Origin: a virus
Strand: one strand, 5' to 3'
Length of the DNA stretch: 48,996 nucleotides
IMG/VR virus record: IMGVR_UViG_3300045988_094163
Shown here: piece after piece, positions 7,774 through 15,527 of the stretch
Position numbering within the stretch: the first letter of the stretch is position 1
Layout: the number at the start of each line of letters is the position of its first letter
Made by a program: the position numbers and the translations under genes
The notes under the pieces: model-generated
The model's input: only the letters and a program-made list of their open reading frames with translations
Database searches by the model: none
Told to the model about the DNA's origin: nothing

Positions 7774-8007
7774 TTATACTCCTATTTTACTATGTTCTGC
7801 TATGTTTGTCAATATGTTCTTGCAAAATAATTCATTTTGTTCTGTGTGTTTCCATATCCACTCCAAAACAGATAACCTCTGTAAGCCGTTTATTTGCCCT
7901 TTTAATCCATTTTCTATATTAAGGTGATAACTTCTTAGGGTAGCCCCATATTCTCTCGCTATTTCAATAGCTGACGCTTTTCTGCCGCTATCCTTCATAG
8001 ATGTCAT
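7774..8007 (-). CDS. Small HTH protein resembling sigma-70 region 4 (77 aa)
   Basis: Internal ATG 8007 (GAGGA 8 nt upstream) chosen because the 129-aa track ORF overlaps 7988-8503 out of frame. SAIEIAREYGATLRSYHLNIENGLKG fits the region 4.2 helix-turn-helix pattern. Confidence 0.4.
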   Translation of the reverse strand: MTSMKDSGRKASAIEIAREYGATLRSYHLNIENGLKGQINGLQRLSVLEWIWKHTEQNELFCKNILTNIAEHSKIGV

Positions 8008-8503
8008 TGCCCCAATCCTCATCATCATCGCTGTCCTCCATCCAGTCTGTACTGTTCTCTGCATCCCATATATCTTGTTCATCCTGTTCATTCGGTTGAT
8101 ATGTTTCCCCTTTTGCAACAAGATTGATTGTGATATTGCTTGTGACCTTTCCTGTGTTTTCAAACATTTCTAGTTTGTCCATCATGTCTGTAATCTCTCT
8201 GATTGCAGAAACATCTCCTGTCAATCCCTTCTGGAACAATGCAACCATCAACAAGGAACGGTTCGTAAGTTCTTCATCTGTGAACCCAAAGGAACGTAAC
8301 ACTTGTTTCTTTTTATCGCTGTTTGTTTTCATCTCCAACAACTGACGCATACAATTCTGTAACGCCATGTTTTGTTCCTTCTTCTTTTTCCTTGCTTCAA
8401 CTCCCATCATTGCTATCCGTTTTCGTTCTTCTGGTGTTCTCTCATTCAGTGGTATTAGATTCTCACTTGCTTCTTTTACCTCTCTTCCTTTCCTTCTTCC
8501 CAT
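7988..8503 (-). CDS. Hypothetical basic/acidic helical protein (171 aa); small-terminase-like DNA-binding candidate
   Basis: First ORF after the structured leader, with an AAAAGGAGGA RBS. Basic N-terminus GRRKGREVKE..RTPEERKRIAMMGVEARKKKKEQ and acidic tail DSDDDEDWGNDIYEG. Confidence 0.3.
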   Translation of the reverse strand: MGRRKGREVKEASENLIPLNERTPEERKRIAMMGVEARKKKKEQNMALQNCMRQLLEMKTNSDKKKQVLRSFGFTDEELTNRSLLMVALFQKGLTGDVSAIREITDMMDKLEMFENTGKVTSNITINLVAKGETYQPNEQDEQDIWDAENSTDWMEDSDDDEDWGNDIYEG

Positions 8504-8514
8504 GTTCTGTCTTA

Positions 8515-8822
8515 TCCTCCTTTTGTTTTATTATTTGTTCTCTAAATACACAACAAGACAAGGTTGCCCTTGTCTGTTACTGTCTCTATATGATGAATCA
8601 CGTTGCCGCTTGAATCAATCACAATATTTAGTTTATGAATCAATATGTTTACAAGTTACATGACGTTTCTCGGTTACGTCAAACGGATATACTTACACAT
8701 TTTCTTGTACCACGACTAATATATGGCTACCACAGCGGCAACGTGATAATTTATTTTATTGGTAGGCATTTCCATTTAAGGCTACCACTTACTTGTGCCA
8801 ATCCAAGCACAACTCCTTCTTT
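8515..8822 (-). promoter_or_regulatory. About 310-nt untranslated, highly structured leader RNA between promoter 8830-8858 and the start at 8503
   Basis: No ORF with an RBS. 14-bp perfect long-range stem atcacgttgccgct (8597-8610) / agcggcaacgtgat (8734-8747) encloses nested stems (UACAAG/CUUGUA, UGACGU/ACGUCA). Direct repeat ggctaccac at 8725 and 8780. Distal 10-bp hairpin at 8553-8577. Confidence 0.6.
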
Positions 8823-8829
8823 TGATTCT

Positions 8830-8858
8830 ATTATAGCAGAGTTTGTTTGGATTGTCAA
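8830..8858 (-). promoter_or_regulatory. Consensus sigma-A promoter
   Basis: TTGACA (8858-8853), 17-nt spacer, TGcTATAAT (-10 at 8835-8830). Confidence 0.75.
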
Positions 8859-8861
8859 CAC

Positions 8862-9026
8862 TTAACTGTGATAATTTGCTCTAAATATGGTAGAACGGCT
8901 GATGGTGTCCTTCTTCCTGTTTCCCTTTATCCTCTCATTTTCTTCTTGGAACTTTCTGTATTCCTCACATTCTGCATGGCATTTTACTGTCCTTCTTCCA
9001 CATCCCTTACATGGTGCATAACTCAT
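8862..9026 (-). CDS. Small Cys-rich (putative zinc-binding) protein, 54 aa, below the track cutoff
   Basis: MSYAPCKGCGRRTVKCHAECEEYRKFQEENERIKGNRKKDTISRSTIFRANYHS, with CxxC-x6-CHxxC. The ATG lies 3 nt after the stop of 9030-9434. Confidence 0.5.
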   Translation of the reverse strand: MSYAPCKGCGRRTVKCHAECEEYRKFQEENERIKGNRKKDTISRSTIFRANYHS

Positions 9027-9029
9027 ATA

Positions 9030-9434
9030 CTATAACCAACCTTTGCTTTTTAAATAGTCCTCTACATCACACAAATAAAGCATTGCTTCTTGTGTTTCTT
9101 CTTCCTTTATGCTAATGAACCCATTCTCGTCTCTGTCCGTAAATCTCTGTAATGGAATCGGAAACCCTCTCTCTGTTACATGGTTCAATTTATATCCTAC
9201 TTCCCGAATGTACTTTACACATACCACCAGAACACACGACACTATCAACATCTTAGGAGTGCTTAAATCCATCTTAGCAATCACAATCGGTATTAATACT
9301 TGAATCACTATGGCTATTTTGTCTAATTCCTCAACTAACCCATATTTTAAAGTTGCAAACAATTCTGCCAGCGTTTGCAACAACACTACGCATACTCTTT
9401 GTTTCGTTTTTTTCTTGTTCTTCCTTTTCATCAT
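9030..9434 (-). CDS. Membrane protein (134 aa)
   Basis: Basic N-terminus KRKNKKKTKQR followed by hydrophobic segments IAIVIQVLIPIVIA and MLIVSCVLVVCV. The start overlaps the upstream stop (TAATG). Confidence 0.6.
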   Translation of the reverse strand: MMKRKNKKKTKQRVCVVLLQTLAELFATLKYGLVEELDKIAIVIQVLIPIVIAKMDLSTPKMLIVSCVLVVCVKYIREVGYKLNHVTERGFPIPLQRFTDRDENGFISIKEEETQEAMLYLCDVEDYLKSKGWL

Positions 9435-9802
9435 TATAATATCTTTCCTTTCAATTCTTCTTTGATTAAGTGCAACTTATCCTTTAACCTCTTTCTGTAC
9501 GGTGGCACTTTGCACACCTCACACATATATTTGTTTTGCGTCATAAAGAAACTACCTGTTACTTCTTTACAGATATTACAATTCCTTTCGCATATTTCTT
9601 CTTCATCTGCTGTTACATATAACGTCAATCTTACTATTCTGTTCCAATCGTCTGTTTCAACCTTCTCTGTTCTGTATGTAATATGTTTTGAATTGTTCAC
9701 AGCAATCACATTTGTAGACAACCATTTGCAACAATTCAAATATGCTTCTTTTGTTGTTTTCCCTTGAAAATCTTTCTCCAATATCTTCTCTGCTATCAAC
9801 AT
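9434..9802 (-). CDS. Hypothetical Cys-rich protein (122 aa)
   Basis: Cysteine pairs CERNCNICK and MCEVCK suggest a zinc ribbon. Tightly coupled to its neighbours. Confidence 0.55.
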   Translation of the reverse strand: MLIAEKILEKDFQGKTTKEAYLNCCKWLSTNVIAVNNSKHITYRTEKVETDDWNRIVRLTLYVTADEEEICERNCNICKEVTGSFFMTQNKYMCEVCKVPPYRKRLKDKLHLIKEELKGKIL

Positions 9803-10281
9803 TGCCTTACCCCTCCATGATTCTTTATTCTTTGTTTTGCTTCTACTGCACTTTTGTCTGCAAGTTCATTTAAGGGGTCGCCCTTGTGTCCTTTGACCTT
9901 TACCATTGTTATGTTCATCTTCTTTTCATATACAAGCAAATACATCTTTTCCCATATATGTTTGTTTTTTATAGGCTTTCCTTCTTTCGTTACCCAACCA
10001 TTGTTATGCCAGTTCTGTAACCACCCTTTTGTAATAGCGTTCACAACATAAGCACTGTCGCAATATACTGTGACCTGTTTTGTTTTGCTCTTCAAGGCTT
10101 TTACTAACGCCATATACACTGCTGTCAGTTCCATCTCATTGTTTGTCGTCTGTTTTTTATTTCCTGTTACCACATTTGTTTTGATTCCATTGCTACATGG
10201 AATAACTTCTACATACGCCCAACCACCCTCGCCAGGGTTTCCACTGCAAGCACCATCTGTATAGAATGTTATTTGTTTCAT
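9796..10281 (-). CDS. rnhA: Ribonuclease HI (161 aa)
   Basis: Start at ATG 10281 (ATGA overlap with the upstream stop). FYTDGACSGNPGEGGW, NNEMELTAV, CDSAYVVN and VKGHKGDPLNELADKSA give the DEDD catalytic pattern. Confidence 0.9.
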   Translation of the reverse strand: MKQITFYTDGACSGNPGEGGWAYVEVIPCSNGIKTNVVTGNKKQTTNNEMELTAVYMALVKALKSKTKQVTVYCDSAYVVNAITKGWLQNWHNNGWVTKEGKPIKNKHIWEKMYLLVYEKKMNITMVKVKGHKGDPLNELADKSAVEAKQRIKNHGGVRQC

Positions 10282-10652
10282 TGTTCTGTTTTCTCCTTCT
10301 TCAAATCCGCATAAATCTTGATAATTGCCTTTGCAACAACTTCCCATAATGTTACGCCATTTACATCCCCTATCCACTCATAAATATCTGTAACATGAAT
10401 CACTCCCATGTGGTAAAACTTGAATTTCTTTTCTTCGCTGTATGTATATATCTGTTGCAATTTATATGGGTATCGTTCACACAACCCATGCAACACCTGT
10501 TCTAATAACTCAATCGGTGCTATCTCTGTTCTTGTGTAATGGTTCTTTTCCAGAATTTTAGCACATGGTTTTACTTTCCAAAGGAACTTGTTTATTAACT
10601 CTCTGTTTCCTTCCTTCTTGCAATCTAACATGATGATGTCCTCTGTTTTCAA
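10278..10652 (-). CDS. Hypothetical protein (124 aa)
   Basis: TTG start with GGAGG 8 nt upstream (an alternative ATG lies at codon 8). Confidence 0.55.
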   Translation of the reverse strand: MKTEDIIMLDCKKEGNRELINKFLWKVKPCAKILEKNHYTRTEIAPIELLEQVLHGLCERYPYKLQQIYTYSEEKKFKFYHMGVIHVTDIYEWIGDVNGVTLWEVVAKAIIKIYADLKKEKTEQ

Positions 10653-10667
10653 TGTTCAATCCTCCAA

Positions 10668-10713
10668 TCCATAAAGAAAGGCAGAGAAGCATTGTTCCTA
10701 CCTCCCTGCCTTT
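10668..10713 (-). terminator. Intrinsic terminator after 10749-11432
   Basis: Minus strand AAAGGCAG...CUGCCUUU (8 bp) followed by CUUUAU. Confidence 0.5.
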
Positions 10714-10748
10714 GTTATCATTTCATTATTTTGTTATGTTATGTCAGA

Positions 10749-11432
10749 TTAGATTTCCCAATCATCGTCGTCGTCCTCTTCATCCTCTGTTTCGGCTTCT
10801 GCTTCGTCTGCCTTTTTCAGAAGTTTTACATAAGCATCTGCGGACTGTTTCGGCTTTGTTTTGATTCCTCTATCGGAGCACATCTTGAACAGTTCTTTTG
10901 CAGACTTTCCTGCATACGGGTCTGTTTCTTCCTCGTCCTCATCTCCCCAATCGTCTGCTTCATCTTCATCTGCCACACCATCATTTGCTTTCAGAACTGC
11001 GATAAGGGATGCTTTGTCACGCTTCTTGCACTGTGAGGAAATACCTCTGTCACAGCACAGTTTGTACAGTGCTTTAGATGTCATGTTCTCATAATCATCT
11101 TCGTCTGCTTCGTCCTCTTCCTCAAATGCCTGCTTTGACTTCGGCTTCTGTGTTGCCTTTGTTTCCTTCTTTGCTGATTTCTTTGGTGCTTCGTCTTTCT
11201 CTTCTACACCTTCCGCTTCTGTTTCCACATCATCAATGTCCTTCAGACCTGTTTCCACAACTCTTGCTGTTACCTTCGGGATTGCTTTCAGAAGTCCAAG
11301 AACATACTCACTGTTTGCCATTGATACGGTTCTTGTGAACAGTGGGTATCTGCTACCTACCTCTGCGACTTCCTCTACGTTGTTACCCATGATTGCTTCT
11401 GCGGCTTCATACGCCATCCAATTTTTTGCCAT
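10749..11432 (-). CDS. Highly acidic protein with two HeH/SAP-like (Rho_N-type) motifs (227 aa)
   Basis: MTSKALYKLCCDRGISSQCKKRDKASLIAVLKA and KSAKELFKMCSDRGIKTKPKQSADAYVKLLKKA. Long D/E tracts. C-terminus DEEDDDDDWEI. Confidence 0.6.
   Translation of the reverse strand: MAKNWMAYEAAEAIMGNNVEEVAEVGSRYPLFTRTVSMANSEYVLGLLKAIPKVTARVVETGLKDIDDVETEAEGVEEKDEAPKKSAKKETKATQKPKSKQAFEEEDEADEDDYENMTSKALYKLCCDRGISSQCKKRDKASLIAVLKANDGVADEDEADDWGDEDEEETDPYAGKSAKELFKMCSDRGIKTKPKQSADAYVKLLKKADEAEAETEDEEDDDDDWEI
11081..11133. repeat. Copy B of the 53-bp dispersed repeat (see 4369-4421)
   Basis: 51/53 identity, read directly from the sequence. Confidence 0.9.
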
Positions 11433-11559
11433 TTTGTTTTTCTCCTTTTCTTTTTAATTTGATTCTTTGTTTCTCTTGTTTGTTCTTTCCTTCTTCTCTT
11501 GCTGTTCTTTGTTTGTTTATCACCAGAAGGATTTTTATTTCCCTTCCTTTGATACTACT

Positions 11560-11588
11560 ATCTTAACACATCTTGTTCTGTGTGTCAA
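11560..11588 (-). promoter_or_regulatory. Sigma-A-type promoter with a ~120-nt purine-rich leader
   Basis: TTGACA (11588-11583), 17-nt spacer, TGtTAAGAT (-10 at 11565-11560). Confidence 0.65.
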
Positions 11589-11617
11589 CACGTTTTTGTA
11601 ACTTTTTCTTTTTCTTT

Positions 11618-11905
11618 TTATTTTTCCCCTTCGCAACATTCACAATCGCAAACGGTAATCAATCCTAACTTGATACAAGCATTGTCAACTGCTTCTTTTA
11701 ACTGTAACAATCCTTTTTCATCCACAATGCCAAGTCCTCCTTTAAGGAACACTTTGATTTCTTTTCCATCTTCTTCTGTTACCAACTGTTCCGCAATGGA
11801 ATATCCAAGAGGATTGTTGTCTCTGTCAAATGCTTCTGAAATCACAACATTGCGCTGTTCCTTGAACTTCTGTTTTGACAGTTCTTTGTAAGTTAATCTT
11901 CCCAC
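11618..11905 (-). CDS. Hypothetical protein (95 aa)
   Basis: GTG start preceded by GGGGGTG. C-terminal CDCECCEGEK. Confidence 0.5.
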   Translation of the reverse strand: MGRLTYKELSKQKFKEQRNVVISEAFDRDNNPLGYSIAEQLVTEEDGKEIKVFLKGGLGIVDEKGLLQLKEAVDNACIKLGLITVCDCECCEGEK

Positions 11906-12279
11906 TCTCCTGCACCCCCTTCTTCGCTATTGTCGGGGAGTTCAATGATTGCTTGGAATCGTAACTGGATATAATCTTCATCCACCAAAGCACAAATGTT
12001 GTCAAGATTCACATTGTCCACTAATGACTTGAATGGTATTGTTGCATTTCCATCCTTGTCAAAATTGACAGAACCTATGGTGAAGATGCCCAAACTCATT
12101 GGGTTGCTTGTTGCTGTTTTTGCATGAACCGTAATGTCATTGTTCAACCCCTGTAACAATTCAACACTTGTTAGGATTTCGTCATATCGGAGTTTGAACT
12201 TCACTTGTACTGTTCTGTTCTTTCCAATGCTCAACCCTTCAAAGGTTGCAATGCCCTTTTGTTTGAATTTCTTTTCCAA
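11893..12279 (-). CDS. Hypothetical protein with an acidic Trp-containing tail (128 aa)
   Basis: TTG start with AAAGGAG 8 nt upstream. Beta-rich. Ends in NSEEGGAGEWED. Confidence 0.55.
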   Translation of the reverse strand: MEKKFKQKGIATFEGLSIGKNRTVQVKFKLRYDEILTSVELLQGLNNDITVHAKTATSNPMSLGIFTIGSVNFDKDGNATIPFKSLVDNVNLDNICALVDEDYIQLRFQAIIELPDNSEEGGAGEWED

Positions 12280-12829
12280 CCTGTTTTCTCCTTTCTCTGT
12301 TTTTCTCTTTCATTCTTTGTTTGAACTCTTGTTCTTGCTGTTCTCGTTCCTTCCCTTTCTGTTTCATGTAGGCTTGCCGAGCGAGGTAGGACTTTCCTGC
12401 GTTCCTACCGCCTACAAATACATTATAATTTGTTCCATCTCCATTGTCAACCCCTAAATCTGTTCCGCAAAACAAATCTTCGTTGACATTCAATTGCTCG
12501 GAAATATCTTCACCAGCCACAAGGCTCTGTACCAGCCCTAAATCCTCTGGTCTTATCATCACCCATACTTCACCAGTATTAAGGAACTGCAAGGCAAATA
12601 CGGGCAGTTTGTGAGCCACAGCCGCATTTTGTTCGAGTATATGAATATCATTCTGTTTGATGCTGATGCTCTGCTTGTCCGTAGATTTTAACTGACAGAT
12701 ACACTGTTCATTTTGTCCATCCTCTTTTTCAATCCATCCTGCACCGCTATTCTTTGTCGGCTTGAATCCAAGCCGCTTCATTACCTCTGCTTCGTTTTTC
12801 CGATAGAACTTTGTAGAACGTTTATTCAT
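12239..12829 (-). CDS. PD-(D/E)XK-type nuclease-like protein (resolvase-like), 196 aa
   Basis: EAEVMKRLGF..NSGAGWIEKEDG..CICQLKST fits an E...D...(E/Q)xK nuclease core. Basic, K/R/E-rich C-terminal tail. Confidence 0.45.
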   Translation of the reverse strand: MNKRSTKFYRKNEAEVMKRLGFKPTKNSGAGWIEKEDGQNEQCICQLKSTDKQSISIKQNDIHILEQNAAVAHKLPVFALQFLNTGEVWVMIRPEDLGLVQSLVAGEDISEQLNVNEDLFCGTDLGVDNGDGTNYNVFVGGRNAGKSYLARQAYMKQKGKEREQQEQEFKQRMKEKNRERRKQVGKEIQTKGHCNL

Positions 12830-12870
12830 GTTTTGTTACCACCTTACACTGTCCTATGTCATATGTTTTG

Positions 12871-13062
12871 TTAATCACCATCTTGCTCTCGTAACTTCCT
12901 TTCTGTTTCTTCTTTCAGATATTGTAAATAGGGTTTGCTCTGTGCAAAGCCCTTCTTCCTTACTTCTTCAAATTCTTCTTTCCCGAACAAATCTCTGAAC
13001 ATTGTTTCCTGTTCACTTACTCGGAAAGTATAACTTCTCACATATTCCTCGCTATTGTCCAT
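12871..13062 (-). CDS. Hypothetical protein (63 aa)
   Basis: AAGGG RBS; compact spacing. Confidence 0.5.
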   Translation of the reverse strand: MDNSEEYVRSYTFRVSEQETMFRDLFGKEEFEEVRKKGFAQSKPYLQYLKEETERKLREQDGD

Positions 13063-13115
13063 TTGCTACGCCCTTTCTTTAACGGCATATCTTTCACCCC
13101 TTCCAACGCTTTTGT

Positions 13116-13427
13116 TCATCTTTTCACCAACCTTTCTGCTATATTTGAAATGTACTGTTTGTCTTTTTCGTTCATCCTACCCCAAAGGTCAAACCCTGTT
13201 GTTCCATCAAAATCATAAAAACAATATCCATATTGTGTGTTTTGTTTTATCCATGACTTTGTATGTTTGTTCTGTATGTTGGTAAGTTGTTTTGCAACTT
13301 CATCATACTGTTTATCACTCCACACACTGTTATTTGCTTCATAATACAGATAACTATGTATGAGGATAACCCTCTGTAAGTAATCTATCTTTAGTTTATC
13401 TGTCCAATAGACAGGGAATCTGTACAC
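13116..13427 (-). CDS. Small protein resembling domain Ia of NAD-dependent DNA ligase (103 aa)
   Basis: GTG start after AAGGAGGGG. IDYLQRVILIHSYLYYEANNSVWSDKQYDEVAKQL fits the LigA N-terminal pattern L..h..YY....p.isD.eYD.L...L. Confidence 0.35.
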   Translation of the reverse strand: MYRFPVYWTDKLKIDYLQRVILIHSYLYYEANNSVWSDKQYDEVAKQLTNIQNKHTKSWIKQNTQYGYCFYDFDGTTGFDLWGRMNEKDKQYISNIAERLVKR

Positions 13428-13443
13428 CCTGTTCCCCTCCTTC

Positions 13444-13911
13444 CTATCTCACAATGTCTGTTGCTTCGATAATCGGACACATACTGTACTGTCCTTCTGG
13501 AAAGATGTATGGTACGCTTCCATCATTATGAATCTTGCATCTTTTTGTTTTTCCGAACTTGTCTGCAATCACAACTGTCTTGGCTGTTACCTTTTCCACA
13601 CGATAGGAGAAAATACAATCGCTGTTACAAATGGAAGGAGTTTCATACACTCCACCCACAACAAAACTGGTAGGCTGTTCTTCTGTTGTTTCATCTGTTT
13701 CTGCTGTATCTGCAATAAACTTATGAACCATCATCATGTGGTGTTCCAGAGCATTTGCATACACATCTGTTTCTGCACAATCTATCTCGTCCATATCATC
13801 TGCATTGTTAAATGCCATTGTCTCATATACTCCTGTATCTGTAAACATTACTGTGCTGATAATCACACCACTTTCAATCTCTGTTCTCATTACCTTCTTT
13901 GTTCCTGCCAT
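13444..13911 (-). CDS. Hypothetical acidic protein (155 aa)
   Basis: ATG 13911 with GAAGGAGG upstream (the track M1 lacks an RBS). Confidence 0.6.
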   Translation of the reverse strand: MAGTKKVMRTEIESGVIISTVMFTDTGVYETMAFNNADDMDEIDCAETDVYANALEHHMMMVHKFIADTAETDETTEEQPTSFVVGGVYETPSICNSDCIFSYRVEKVTAKTVVIADKFGKTKRCKIHNDGSVPYIFPEGQYSMCPIIEATDIVR

Positions 13912-13962
13912 TTTGTTTTCCTCCTTCATTGGGTTGTTTTCCTTCCTTTACCTTATGACTTT

Positions 13963-13991
13963 ATTATACAACACTTATGATTGTTTGTCAA
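13963..13991 (-). promoter_or_regulatory. Consensus sigma-A promoter
   Basis: TTGACA (13991-13986), 17-nt spacer, TATAAT (13968-13963). Confidence 0.7.
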
Positions 13992-13997
13992 CACATT

Positions 13998-14222
13998 TTA
14001 TAAAAATTGTTTTCTTTGTTCAAAACTATAACAACCTGTCAGAACTGCTTCTGTTAATCTCTGGTACACCTTTACTGCTTCTTCGTTTGTTCTGTAACCT
14101 TTTGTTACATAGGTATCAGATTCTTCATCATATAAGCCAATGGTGTATTCATTTCCATTCTTGTTAAATTCAAATCTCTGTCCATTGTGTACATCTTCTA
14201 AAACTGCGATTGTGTAATACAT
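13998..14222 (-). CDS. Hypothetical protein (74 aa)
   Basis: GAGAAGGAGAACAAGTT-ATG context. Confidence 0.55.
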   Translation of the reverse strand: MYYTIAVLEDVHNGQRFEFNKNGNEYTIGLYDEESDTYVTKGYRTNEEAVKVYQRLTEAVLTGCYSFEQRKQFL

Positions 14223-14273
14223 AACTTGTTCTCCTTCTCATTTTGTTTTATTGTTTGCCTTTACTGTAATTAT

Positions 14274-14302
14274 ATAGTAACATATGTTTTGTTATAAGTC
14301 AA
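14274..14302 (-). promoter_or_regulatory. Sigma-A-type promoter
   Basis: TTGACT (14302-14297), 17-nt spacer, TGtTACTAT (-10 at 14279-14274). Confidence 0.55.
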
Positions 14303-14351
14303 TCCGTTTTGTATAAAAACTTTGAACATTTAAAACAGAACAAGGTGACAA

Positions 14352-15470
14352 TTAAGCCACCATCTGTAATTCCTGTAATGCTGTTTTATATTTATTGTTC
14401 AGTGCATACAATCTGAAATTGTTAATGGTATCTTTCTCCATTCCTTTAAATACTGCGATTGCAAGGATGTTCTTTAATTCAAGTCCTGTTTTCTCTAACT
14501 TTGTAACCATTCCAATGCAACGATAGGAGAATGTTGCCCGAATCCCATTTGTTTCTGCTTCTGTTCTGATTGCTTCCACAAAATCAACAAGTTCTTTGTT
14601 TCCTTTTGCAATGTGCATTTCAATGTTTCGGTCATAACCAAAATCAATGATTGCAAATCTATCCAGAGTTGCTTGGTCTAATACCAAACGTCCTGTATAC
14701 ATTTCATCTGCACCACTTCCAACTGTGTTTCCTGCCGCAACAACTCGGAAATTCTTATGTGCTTTGATTTTTCCGTTTGGAAACTCGAAGTATCTATTTG
14801 CGATTGCCGCATTTAACAAAACAAGAACCTCTGGTATGCTTGCATCCATTTCATCGAGAAAGAAGATACCACCATCCTTAAATGCTTTGTAAAACTCCGT
14901 TTCATGATACTTTCCTCCTGCATCAATGAAACCTGTCAACTTATATTCCTGCTGAACACTGTTTGTAAAATAGAACTCTAAACCTAAATCCCAACTAATT
15001 TGTTCAAGTGTGTAGTTCTTTCCGCTTCCTGCTGGTCCTGCAAGGTAAACAGGAATGTCATTTTCAATACAAGCCTTAATCATATTATACTTACAATGTT
15101 TTACTTCTTCATTGCAGTCATCTTTTGGTTCTGGTTTCTTAATCTCTGGCATTCTTAATTCTACACTACCATCAATGATTACTTTATCTTTTCTTCCTGC
15201 TCTGCGAAGTTCATTTGTTGTTCTATCCTCTGCTCTGAAATTCTCTGGCTCTTTATACTGTCTTCCGATTCCTTGTTCATTAAATGTGTACCAATATAAA
15301 ACTCCTTGAATTTCAAAACAATAAATACCCTGTTTTTTTAACTCTCTTATTTCCTTTGTATGTTTTCTGAATACTCTTTTAATATCAACAACACCAAAAT
15401 CTGTTCTTGTTCTTGCTACAACATGTTCTTCGTCTTTCTTAATAACCTCTACAAATGTTCTTGTTTTCAT
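14352..15470 (-). CDS. CobS/MoxR-type AAA+ (AAA_5) ATPase (372 aa)
   Basis: Walker A LAGPAGSGKN, Walker B IFFLDEMD, sensor VVAAGNTVGSGADEMYTGR and DQATLDRF. The overall pattern parallels CobS. Has a ~140-aa N-terminal extension. Confidence 0.75.
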   Translation of the reverse strand: MKTRTFVEVIKKDEEHVVARTRTDFGVVDIKRVFRKHTKEIRELKKQGIYCFEIQGVLYWYTFNEQGIGRQYKEPENFRAEDRTTNELRRAGRKDKVIIDGSVELRMPEIKKPEPKDDCNEEVKHCKYNMIKACIENDIPVYLAGPAGSGKNYTLEQISWDLGLEFYFTNSVQQEYKLTGFIDAGGKYHETEFYKAFKDGGIFFLDEMDASIPEVLVLLNAAIANRYFEFPNGKIKAHKNFRVVAAGNTVGSGADEMYTGRLVLDQATLDRFAIIDFGYDRNIEMHIAKGNKELVDFVEAIRTEAETNGIRATFSYRCIGMVTKLEKTGLELKNILAIAVFKGMEKDTINNFRLYALNNKYKTALQELQMVA

Positions 15471-15527
15471 TTTATTTGTTTCCTCTGTTTTCTGTTTTAT
15501 TGTTTATATATTCTTTAACTATAATAT

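Noticed and set aside
7774-8163. 129-aa form of the track ORF overlapping 7988-8503
   Set aside because: The N-terminal 52 codons overlap the upstream gene out of frame and have no RBS. The internal ATG at 8007 has GAGGA at the correct spacing.
7988-8503. Firm annotation of 7988-8503 or 4331-4864 as the small terminase
   Set aside because: Neither shows a terminase small-subunit motif that I can name. One is adjacent to terL and the other has a basic DNA-binding-like N-terminus next to a structured region. Both are kept as low-confidence candidates.
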